Shown one piece after another: positions 18,718 through 26,666 of a stretch of DNA of 33,737 nucleotides; the stretch's first letter is position 1; every line of letters begins with the position of its first letter. This DNA comes from Spirochaetales bacterium (GTDB lineage: Bacteria > Spirochaetota > Spirochaetia > SZUA-6 > DRHE01). Location of the stretch: NCBI GenBank assembly GCA_016935715.1, contig JAFGQJ010000112.1, positions 1 through 33,737 of the forward strand. The letters are read 5' to 3'. Below the pieces are notes generated by a model. It worked only from the letters and a program-made list of their open reading frames with translations. It made no database searches and had not been told where the DNA came from. The position numbers and the translations under genes were made by a program.

Positions 18718-19740
18718 ATGAAAGCCCTGTTTGCCAAAAAGTCTTTCGAGTTCAAAATCGAAGAACGGGAGCCGAAAAAACCCGGCCAGGACCAAGTCCT
18801 GGTGAAGGTGCACGCCTGCGGCGTCTGCGGCACGGATCTCCATTTTGCAAGGGATTGGACGGAGGGTTTTGCCCCTCTGGGCCACGAAATCGCGGCGGAA
18901 GTTGTCGAAATAGGAACCGGAAACATTCCCTACAAGGTCGGAGACAAGGTCATCGTGGAAGATGTCGCCCTCTGCGGTGTATGCGAGGACTGCAAATCCG
19001 GCAGGACGGAGTTTTGCCGCAATATGTACGATCTGGAGGGTCAGCCCGGGATGGCTGAGATGATGACGGTGAACTACCACCTGCTGGATCGTTTCGATGG
19101 TATTCCCTGGACGCACGCGACCCTGGTCGAGCCCATGGCCGTCGCCTACAACACGGTGCTCAAGGCGAAGATTCCTTTGGGCGGCAATGTTGTCGTGCTG
19201 GGTCCCGGACCCATCGGTTTGATGTGCGTGCGCCTGGCCAAAATGGCCGGAGCGGTCAAGGTCGTCCTGGTCGGCTGGTCCAGCAAGGATGTCAGAGAAG
19301 CCGCCCGCCTGAAGGTCGGCACCCAGATGGGGGCGGACACGATCGTCGAATCCGCCGAGGGAGATCCGGCGAAGCGGATCAAGGAAATCTTTCCCAAGGG
19401 TGCCGACAGCGTTATCGTGACCTCCCCGCCGAAGACACTGCCCCAGGGAGTGAGCTTCGCGAAATTCGGAGGAACCGTATCATTCATCGGCATCAACCTA
19501 GGGGGAAAAAGCACGATCGAGCTGGACGTGAATGACCTGATCTTCAACAAGATTTCCCTGATTCCCTGCTTCGCGGAGCCGGCTCTGAATTTCCCGGAAA
19601 CGATCAAGCTGCTGCAGGAGAAAGCCGTGGATGCCTCTCTGCTCATCACCACGGAGTTCGGATTCTCAGAGGCCGAGGAGGTGTTCCGGAACAGCGATTC
19701 CGGGCGGGAAGCGACGATCAAAGCGGTGCTGGTGCCCTGA
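18718..19740 (+). CDS. Zn-dependent medium-chain alcohol/polyol dehydrogenase
   Basis: CGVCGTDLH, GHE, structural Zn motif C-x2-C-x2-C-x7-C and GPGPIG; strong SD AGGAGGAGG. Confidence 0.95.
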   Translation: MKALFAKKSFEFKIEEREPKKPGQDQVLVKVHACGVCGTDLHFARDWTEGFAPLGHEIAAEVVEIGTGNIPYKVGDKVIVEDVALCGVCEDCKSGRTEFCRNMYDLEGQPGMAEMMTVNYHLLDRFDGIPWTHATLVEPMAVAYNTVLKAKIPLGGNVVVLGPGPIGLMCVRLAKMAGAVKVVLVGWSSKDVREAARLKVGTQMGADTIVESAEGDPAKRIKEIFPKGADSVIVTSPPKTLPQGVSFAKFGGTVSFIGINLGGKSTIELDVNDLIFNKISLIPCFAEPALNFPETIKLLQEKAVDASLLITTEFGFSEAEEVFRNSDSGREATIKAVLVP

Positions 19741-19803
19741 CACCAGCGCCCTGACTCGAAAAGCCTCCTGACACGACTCCGCGGATCGCGGTCGAGCGGG
19801 GAA

Positions 19804-20670
19804 TCAGCCCTTCAGGCTGCCGGCGGTCAGGCCGGCAATGAGTTTTCTCTGAAACACGGCGTAGACCACCAGTACTGGCAGGATGCAGATGATGGCGGCG
19901 GCGAACATCGCACCCCAATCCCGGCGCTCTCCGAAGGTATCGTACAGTCCTGACAGGAATTCCACCAACCCAAGGGCCAGCGGTTTCTTGGCCGTATCCC
20001 CGATCAAGGTCAGAGGCAGGATATAGGTGCTCCAAAACTCGAGGAAGTGGAAAACCCCGACGGTGATCAACCCCGGGCGGGCCAGGGGTAGCATAACGAG
20101 GGAAAAGGTCTTGAAGTGGGAACAGCCGTCGATCATGGCCGACTGTTCAAGCTCACGGGGCAGGGTCTTGAAAAAGGCAACCAGCAGGAACACCGCGAAG
20201 GGCATCCCCCAGAATATGTAGGCGATGATCACGCTCAACCGCGTATTGTAGAGATGAAACTCCCGCATCAGGAAGAAGAAGGGGATGACGGTGAGAATCT
20301 GCGGCATCAACAGACCGGCGATGAACAGCTTGTAGAGAAAATCCCGGCCGAAAAACGCGAAGCGGGCGATCACGTAGGCGACCATGGCGCCCAGGCTCAG
20401 GTTTACCAGAACTGCGACGGAGGTGATGATTATGCTGTTCACCATGTACACACCGACGTGTACTTTCTTGAAGGCCACCACGTAGTTCTGCCACTCCAGC
20501 TGGGCTGGGAGGGACCAGATGTTGTGATTGAACTCCATGTTGGTCTTGAAGGTGTTGTAGAACATCCAAACGAATGGTAGCAAAACGATCAGCCCGTATA
20601 GAATGAAAAACAGCCGGAACAGATTGGTAGTAAGAGCTGTCGTTGTTTTTCTACTCAAGTCGAATACCAT
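19804..20670 (-). CDS. Carbohydrate ABC transporter permease (MalG-type), copy 2
   Basis: LPRELEQSAMIDGCS, PLARPGL and AGLTAGSLKG. Confidence 0.95.
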   Translation of the reverse strand: MVFDLSRKTTTALTTNLFRLFFILYGLIVLLPFVWMFYNTFKTNMEFNHNIWSLPAQLEWQNYVVAFKKVHVGVYMVNSIIITSVAVLVNLSLGAMVAYVIARFAFFGRDFLYKLFIAGLLMPQILTVIPFFFLMREFHLYNTRLSVIIAYIFWGMPFAVFLLVAFFKTLPRELEQSAMIDGCSHFKTFSLVMLPLARPGLITVGVFHFLEFWSTYILPLTLIGDTAKKPLALGLVEFLSGLYDTFGERRDWGAMFAAAIICILPVLVVYAVFQRKLIAGLTAGSLKG

Positions 20671-20680
20671 CAGATGTGAT

Positions 20681-21532
20681 CTATCCTTTCAGGCTGCCCG
20701 CCGTCAGGCCGGCCACCAGCTTTCTTTGAAAAACCGTGTAGATCAGGAGAATGGGGAGAATGCAGATGATGCAGGCTGCGAACATGGCTCCCCAATCCTG
20801 TCGGATCCCGACTCCGGAGGAGAACTCGACAAGGCCTAGGGATACCGGTTTCCGCGCTTCGTCGGCGATCAGGGTCAGGGGCAGGATATAGGCGCTCCAG
20901 AACTCGAGAAAATTAAAAACCGAAACCGTTATCAATCCCGGGCGGGCCAGGGGCAGCATGATCAGGGTAAAGGTCTTCCAGTAGGAACAGCCGTCGATCA
21001 TGGCCGCCTGCTCCAGCTCCTGGGGCAATGTCTTGAAGAAGGCGACCAGGAGGAAAGTTGCGAAGGGCATCCCCCAAAACGTGTAGGCTATGATCACACT
21101 GGCCCGGGTGTTGAACAGGCTCATCTCTCTCATGAGGAAAAAGTAGGGAATCACCGTAAGAATCCGCGGCATCAACAGACCCGCCAGGATGAGCTTGTAG
21201 ATGAAATCGCGGCCCCAGAATTTGAAGCGGGAAATCACGTAGGATAGCGCAGCGCTCAATCCGACGTTCAGCAGAACGGCGATGCAGGTGATGATCACGC
21301 TGTTGATCATGTACACGCCGATATTCGCTTTGTCGAACGCAAGCCGGTAGTTCTCCCATCTCAACTGGCTGGGCAGGGACCAGATGTTGAGGTTGAACTC
21401 CATGTTCGACTTGAAGGTGTTGTAGAGCAGCCAGACGAAGGGCAGCAGGACCACGATCCCGTATATGATGAAGATCAATCGGAACAAATTGGTGACCAGA
21501 AACTTCAGGGTGTTGCTTCGTATGCGTTGCAT
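20681..21532 (-). CDS. Carbohydrate ABC transporter permease (MalG-type), copy 1
   Basis: LPQELEQAAMIDGCS, PLARPGL and AGLTAGSLKG. Confidence 0.95.
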   Translation of the reverse strand: MQRIRSNTLKFLVTNLFRLIFIIYGIVVLLPFVWLLYNTFKSNMEFNLNIWSLPSQLRWENYRLAFDKANIGVYMINSVIITCIAVLLNVGLSAALSYVISRFKFWGRDFIYKLILAGLLMPRILTVIPYFFLMREMSLFNTRASVIIAYTFWGMPFATFLLVAFFKTLPQELEQAAMIDGCSYWKTFTLIMLPLARPGLITVSVFNFLEFWSAYILPLTLIADEARKPVSLGLVEFSSGVGIRQDWGAMFAACIICILPILLIYTVFQRKLVAGLTAGSLKG

Positions 21533-21553
21533 CGCTTATTACACCTCGGTTGC

Positions 21554-22456
21554 TCAGTACTGGATGACTTCCCTTTTTGTTGTCCGGAGCAAGATCAGCG
21601 CCAGAATCAGGGTTATTACCAGGATCATCACCCCGATCGTCGTGCCGTAGCCGAACTTGGAAAAAGTGAAGGCGTTCTCGTACATATAGGTCACCAGCAC
21701 CTCCGAAGCCCGGTCCGGCCCACCGTGGGTCGTCATGAAGATGATGGCGAAGGAAGCGGCAAAGGAGGAGATGATGAAGAACACCAGGGCGGTGCGCACG
21801 ACTTCCCAGATCAGGGGCAGGGTGATTTTGATCGTCTGCTGCCAGGTTCCGGCACCGTCGATTACCGCGGATTCATAGAGCTCCGCCGGAATGTTCTGGA
21901 TGGCGGCGATCATGAGCACCATGTAGAACCCCAGTACTTTCCAGACCAGGAAGGTAATGAGCGATGGCTTCACCAGGTGTTTGTTGGAGAACCACAGCTG
22001 CTTCAGGCTTCCCAAGCGGATCGCATCGAGAAAGGTGTTGAGGATTCCGTTGGTCGGCGCGTAGACGCTCATGGCGATGATGCCGACCACGACCATTGGA
22101 ACGGCTGCCGGAAAGAAAAATATGGTTCGGTAGATGTTTCGCTCCGGCAGAACGTTTCTCGACAGGATCACGGCGAAGAAGATGGAAAATACGAACAGCA
22201 ACACGGAGGTGAAGAAGAAGATGTAGAGATTGTTGTACAGAGACTTCAAGAAATTGCGGTCCTGGAACAGATCGACGAAGTTCTTGAAGCCCACGAAGCT
22301 CATGTTCATGGAGATTCCCCGCCAGCGGAACAGGCTCATGTACAGTCCGCGGATGCAGGGAAAAATATAGAACAGGATATACAGGGCGATGATGGGAACC
22401 ACGATCGAAATAATGAAGATATTACGTTCTCGCTTTGTAGTTGTTAATTTGACCAT
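21554..22456 (-). CDS. Carbohydrate ABC transporter permease (MalF-type)
   Basis: FVGFKNF, YRTIFFFP, IPAELYESAVIDGA and THGGP. Confidence 0.95.
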   Translation of the reverse strand: MVKLTTTKRERNIFIISIVVPIIALYILFYIFPCIRGLYMSLFRWRGISMNMSFVGFKNFVDLFQDRNFLKSLYNNLYIFFFTSVLLFVFSIFFAVILSRNVLPERNIYRTIFFFPAAVPMVVVGIIAMSVYAPTNGILNTFLDAIRLGSLKQLWFSNKHLVKPSLITFLVWKVLGFYMVLMIAAIQNIPAELYESAVIDGAGTWQQTIKITLPLIWEVVRTALVFFIISSFAASFAIIFMTTHGGPDRASEVLVTYMYENAFTFSKFGYGTTIGVMILVITLILALILLRTTKREVIQY

Positions 22457-22489
22457 GCGTATATCCTACCATTGTGATTTGCGGGCGAT

Positions 22490-22520
22490 AATACGGCCGG
22501 GCTTTAGACCCGGCCGTATT
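22490..22520 (-). other. Perfect 12-bp stem-loop between SBP2 and its permease (mRNA stabiliser or partial terminator)
   Basis: AATACGGCCGGG-CTTTAGA-CCCGGCCGTATT. Confidence 0.75.
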
Positions 22521-22544
22521 GAATGCTATGGAAGCCGTGCTCGA

Positions 22545-23861
22545 TTACTCGAAGGTGTACTTCGGAATCGTATCGTCATCGATGACCGCTTTTGTGGCCT
22601 CGGTCATCCGCTTCATGAAATCGCTCGGCTCCTGATCACCGGATACCAGAGCATTGATCGCGTTGCCCGCTTCTTTGGGCAGGGTTTTGTACCAGGCACT
22701 CCACATGCTCACCATCGATGGATTGGTGTTCAGGGCGGCCACGGCGCTGGTTACGGCATCTGGAAGAAGGTGACCGAAGTCGTCGGCGAAGCCTTTGATG
22801 GGCATGATGAACTTGTTCGCCTCGATGTTCTTCCTGATGGTCTCTTTATCGTTGAGCAGGTACTGGTAGTACTCGATGACCAGCGCCTGGTTTCGCACCG
22901 GTTTGGGCACCGAACCCCTGAGCAGAATCGACCAAACATAATTATCCCCCGAAGCTGTTTTCTTTCCCGGGGTGGGGAAGAAGGTGAGGCCGAAATCCGC
23001 CGGCCAGCTGTCCCCCATCTCCGCGTACAGCCAGGAGCCGCAGGGGTACATGCCGATGTTGTACTTGAGGAACTCCTGCTGGACCTCGATCTTCGCGGTG
23101 AGCGAGGGCGGCCAGATGTAGCCCTTGTCCCGCATTGAGGCAAACCTTTCCATCGCTTCCTTTACCGCCCCAGATTTCCAGGCATCCGGCTCCAGGTTCT
23201 GAATATCCACGTAGGCCTGGTGGCTCAAGCTGTTGATCATGGGGAAGAGGAAGTAGTTCAGAGGATATTCATGAGCGAAATCGCCCATATAGGCAAACGC
23301 CTCGATACCGTTCTGTTCGAATTTGGCCGCGGCGGCCATGAATTCATTCCAGGTCTCCGGTACAGTCACCCCCAGATCGTCCACCAGCTTCTGGCTGTAC
23401 CACATGCCCCCCAGATAGGAGACTTCCGGAATGAGATAGTGCTTTCCATCCACGTAGCCGCTGCTGTCCATGTCGGGCTTGTAGAAGACGTCTCGCATCT
23501 TCCCCTTGCCGTCGAGGGTTGGGGCATCGTAGATGAAATCGATGGGGGCGAGAAGACCTTCGGTAATGGCCCCGTAGTAGTCGAACAATCCCTGGTTCAC
23601 GTGGGCAACGTCCGGCGGCTCCCCCGCCATGATTTTGTTGCGGAGAATGTCCTGAGCTTTGTGGCTGTACTCCAGAGAGATGTCGACGTCCGGATGGTTC
23701 TGCTTCAGCATGTCAACCGCGGCGTTGGCCATCTCTCCCATGCCGCCAACGAAGTACAGGACCTCGAATTTCCCCGGAGCCGCACCCTCCTGCGCTCCAC
23801 CGGAGAAGGCGAACGGGCAGGTCAACAGCAGGACTAATCCGAGTAACAATAGTTTTCTCAT
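22545..23861 (-). CDS. Carbohydrate ABC solute-binding protein, resembling the NgcE (GlcNAc/chitobiose-binding) type
   Basis: Signal peptide MRKLLLLGLVLLLTCPFAFSGGAQE, EVLYFVGGMG, AGEPPD, PETWNEF and CGSWLYAEM. ATG 23861 follows AAGGAGG. The NgcE resemblance comes from remembered motifs only. Confidence 0.88.
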   Translation of the reverse strand: MRKLLLLGLVLLLTCPFAFSGGAQEGAAPGKFEVLYFVGGMGEMANAAVDMLKQNHPDVDISLEYSHKAQDILRNKIMAGEPPDVAHVNQGLFDYYGAITEGLLAPIDFIYDAPTLDGKGKMRDVFYKPDMDSSGYVDGKHYLIPEVSYLGGMWYSQKLVDDLGVTVPETWNEFMAAAAKFEQNGIEAFAYMGDFAHEYPLNYFLFPMINSLSHQAYVDIQNLEPDAWKSGAVKEAMERFASMRDKGYIWPPSLTAKIEVQQEFLKYNIGMYPCGSWLYAEMGDSWPADFGLTFFPTPGKKTASGDNYVWSILLRGSVPKPVRNQALVIEYYQYLLNDKETIRKNIEANKFIMPIKGFADDFGHLLPDAVTSAVAALNTNPSMVSMWSAWYKTLPKEAGNAINALVSGDQEPSDFMKRMTEATKAVIDDDTIPKYTFE

Positions 23862-23898
23862 CTGTCCCTCCTTAATATGAAGAATAGTATTGGATGTA

Positions 23899-23927
23899 AT
23901 TTTACCGTATACATAGCGCTTTGTCAA
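23899..23927 (-). promoter_or_regulatory. Near-consensus sigma70 promoter of the SBP2 ABC operon
   Basis: Minus strand TTGACA (23927-23922)-N17-TAAAAT (23904-23899). Confidence 0.8.
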
Positions 23928-24087
23928 GATTCAATTCGGAGGTAGATTTCCGTTTTGGAGATTAGGTCGTCTTTGTTACGCAAATTTCCATTAGAAAGCT
24001 AATTATGGGAAAATTGACCTCTAATGACCTATATAGTGGGTGTCCTGCACAATTAGTACCAATTTCTCTTCGTGACGGGCACCTATA

Positions 24088-24115
24088 TTGACAAACCGGG
24101 ATATGTGGCTACAAT
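24088..24115 (+). promoter_or_regulatory. sigma70 promoter of the second NagA-like/ceramidase operon
   Basis: TTGACA (24088-24093)-N16-TACAAT (24110-24115). Confidence 0.75.
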
Positions 24116-24138
24116 TACTCCAGGTCGAGGTGACAACG

Positions 24139-25377
24139 GTGAGTGCACGGAAGCTGGATGGTTCGTTGGTGCTACGAAATGCGAACGTTCTGCTCGGCAG
24201 CGGTGAGTTCCGGGAGTGCGACGTCCGCATCGACGGCCCGGTCATTTCAGCAATCGGTGAGGGACTGGGCGGCGGCGAAGAGCGGGACGTGGGCGGTTGC
24301 TACGTCTTGCCTGGTTTGATCGATCTGCATACCCACGGAATCGGCTACCAGGCGGTGGAGGTCTGTGATTTGTCCGCCTATGCCGAGATGGAGGCCGCCC
24401 GGGGTGCTACTTCGGTCGTGCCCACGATGTTCGCGCCGCTCGACGAAATCCTGCGCCAATTGAAACGTCATCGAGCCGAGACGGCGGAGCTGTCGCGGCT
24501 CAAGCAGGTCCGCGGTTTCCGCCTGGAGTCTCCCTACGTGGCGAACACCGGAGCCGGGAGGCGGCAGGACCTGGAGCCGATATCCCGGGAAACCACCGAT
24601 GCGATTCTCGAGGCCGGGGGTGGTCATATCCGGATCTGGGACATCTCCCCCGAGCTTCCACGGGCCCCCGAGGAGATTCGCTATCTCACCGGCAAGGGCA
24701 TCGTCTGCAGCATCGCCCACACCAAGGCGACGATCGAGCAGAGCCGGGCCGCCGTGGATGCCGGCGCCGCCTTGGTGACCCACCTCTTCGACGTGTTCGA
24801 ATTGCCCGAACAGACCGAAAGCGGCGTGATCCCGGCCGGCCTGGTGGATTACCTGCTGACCGAGGATCGGGTGGTCTGCGAGATCATCCCGGACGGAACC
24901 CACGTTTCCCCGATACTCGTGGAAGAGGCATGGCGCTGCAAGAGCCCGGAGCGCATAGCGATGGTCACGGATTCGAACCTGGGCGCGGGTCTCCCTCCCG
25001 GAAGGTATACCCTGGCCAGAGGCCTGGGAGAGGTGATTATCCGGGATGTGAACGACGGGGTGCGCCTGGTCGACCGGGGAATGGGCCTGGCCGGAAGCGC
25101 GCTCACCCCTTTGGACGGCCTGCGGAACCTGGTGCGGCTTTTCGGGAAAAGCCTGGAGCTGGCCAGTCGGGTCTGTTCGCGCACTCCGGCCCGGCTGCTC
25201 GGCCTCAATGCCGGGGAGATCGCCGAAGGACGGGATGCGGACCTGATCGTACTGGATGAACAGCTGCACCTCCTGCTCACCATCACGCGGGGGGCCGTTG
25301 TATTCCGGGCCGAGTCGCTGAAATCTACACAAACGGAGGTATTAGCATGTTTGCCGGAACAGGGAAAATCGACATAA
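24139..25377 (+). CDS. Second NagA-like amidohydrolase, divergent
   Basis: PGLIDLHTHG, SPE, AHT, VTHLFD, DGTH, VTDS, LAGS and GRDADL. GTG 24139 follows GAGG; the track's TTG 24088 is the -35 box. Confidence 0.88.
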   Translation: MSARKLDGSLVLRNANVLLGSGEFRECDVRIDGPVISAIGEGLGGGEERDVGGCYVLPGLIDLHTHGIGYQAVEVCDLSAYAEMEAARGATSVVPTMFAPLDEILRQLKRHRAETAELSRLKQVRGFRLESPYVANTGAGRRQDLEPISRETTDAILEAGGGHIRIWDISPELPRAPEEIRYLTGKGIVCSIAHTKATIEQSRAAVDAGAALVTHLFDVFELPEQTESGVIPAGLVDYLLTEDRVVCEIIPDGTHVSPILVEEAWRCKSPERIAMVTDSNLGAGLPPGRYTLARGLGEVIIRDVNDGVRLVDRGMGLAGSALTPLDGLRNLVRLFGKSLELASRVCSRTPARLLGLNAGEIAEGRDADLIVLDEQLHLLLTITRGAVVFRAESLKSTQTEVLACLPEQGKST

Positions 25378-26651
25378 CGCCCCGGGGCAGCGTCTGGATG
25401 GACGGGATGATTCGCGCCCATCGATCGACGGGGATCCACGATCCCCTCCACGCCCGGGCCCTCTACCTGGCAGCGGATGAGAATCCCCGAAACGCCTTCG
25501 TCCTGGTTGCCATGGACGTCGTGGGCCTGAACGCGGAGGACGGGATGGTGGTGCGCCGGAGCGTGGAGAAAAGCACCGGGATCCCCTGGGATCACATCAT
25601 CCTGGCCGCCTCCCATACGCACTCCGGACCGGCCACGATTGGAGCCTTCAACCCGAAGGAAACGAAGTACGTGGGGGAACTGCAAAAGAAGCTCGTAACG
25701 GTCATCGGGCGGGCTGCGGGCGGCGCGGTTCGGGCCGCCGCCGGCAGCGGCTCCGGAAAGGAAGACACAATCAGTCACTACCGGCGGTTTCTCACGAAGG
25801 ACGGCCGGGTCGTGATGATCTGGGAGCCCTGTCCCGCGGAAGATATCGTCGGACCCCTGGGGGAGATCGACCCGGAGCTCGGCGTGCTCAAGGTGACCGG
25901 GAGCGAGGGGAGCAGCGACGGCAACCTCTGCATCGCCTTCAACCACGCGGGTCATCCCAACGTCCTGTCGGGGGAGAACTACCTGATCAGCGGCGATTAT
26001 GCCGGTCTGGCGGCGCAGCTCGTGGAGGAGAGGTTCGGCTGCACCTCCATGTTCTTAAACGGTGCCCAGGGCACCATGGACGTGGACGGTTTTAAGGACC
26101 GGGACTGGGAAGGACGGGATCGGATCGGAAGGACCCTGGCCGATGCGGTCGGCTCGGTGGCGGCCGATCTGCCGACCTCCCCTTCCGTGCATCTGCGGGG
26201 AGGGTCGGTACGCTACACGATCCCCTCGAGGAAAATCAGCGAAGAGGAGTATCGCTGGGCCGAGAAGATACTGGAGCAGACCGGGGGAAAGATCCAGCCC
26301 CTGGCCGACGGGATAGGGGATGACTACCTGGCCGTACTGTTCAAGCGCCTGCGGGGCAGGGAGCAGGAGGAAAACCCGGCCGAGCAGGTCTGTGTGGCAC
26401 TGGATGACAGCGCTTTTCTCAGCTTCCCCGGCGAGCTGTTCACGGAGATCGGGATGGAGATCAAACAGGCCAGCCCCTTCAAGCACACCTACATCGTCGA
26501 CCTGGCCAACGGGACGATCGGCTACGTTCCCAGCAGAAAGGCCATCGGCGAAGGGGGATACGCGGTGGTGACGCGGAAGCTCGACCACAGCGCCGCGGAT
26601 CTGGTCAAGGAGCACAGCCTGGCCCTGCTGCGCGAGGTGTTCGACCGCTGA
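25347..26651 (+). CDS. Neutral/alkaline ceramidase-like amidase
   Basis: DITP, HDPLHARAL, SHTHSGP (Zn ligands), AGHP, ISGDYAG, PGELFTEIG and GYVP; GGAGGT SD; no signal peptide. Confidence 0.85.
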   Translation: MFAGTGKIDITPRGSVWMDGMIRAHRSTGIHDPLHARALYLAADENPRNAFVLVAMDVVGLNAEDGMVVRRSVEKSTGIPWDHIILAASHTHSGPATIGAFNPKETKYVGELQKKLVTVIGRAAGGAVRAAAGSGSGKEDTISHYRRFLTKDGRVVMIWEPCPAEDIVGPLGEIDPELGVLKVTGSEGSSDGNLCIAFNHAGHPNVLSGENYLISGDYAGLAAQLVEERFGCTSMFLNGAQGTMDVDGFKDRDWEGRDRIGRTLADAVGSVAADLPTSPSVHLRGGSVRYTIPSRKISEEEYRWAEKILEQTGGKIQPLADGIGDDYLAVLFKRLRGREQEENPAEQVCVALDDSAFLSFPGELFTEIGMEIKQASPFKHTYIVDLANGTIGYVPSRKAIGEGGYAVVTRKLDHSAADLVKEHSLALLREVFDR

Positions 26652-26666
26652 ACGTTCAGGATTAGG

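Noticed and set aside
17500-19116. 538-aa antisense ORF across the DegT and dehydrogenase genes
   Set aside because: Both sense genes are in the same frame, so the antisense frame stays open; the translation has no family motifs.
17377-19740. Aminoglycoside or O-antigen biosynthetic cluster
   Set aside because: No cyclase, glycosyltransferase, nucleotidyltransferase, exporter or resistance gene is in the window; the context is importers plus a repressor.
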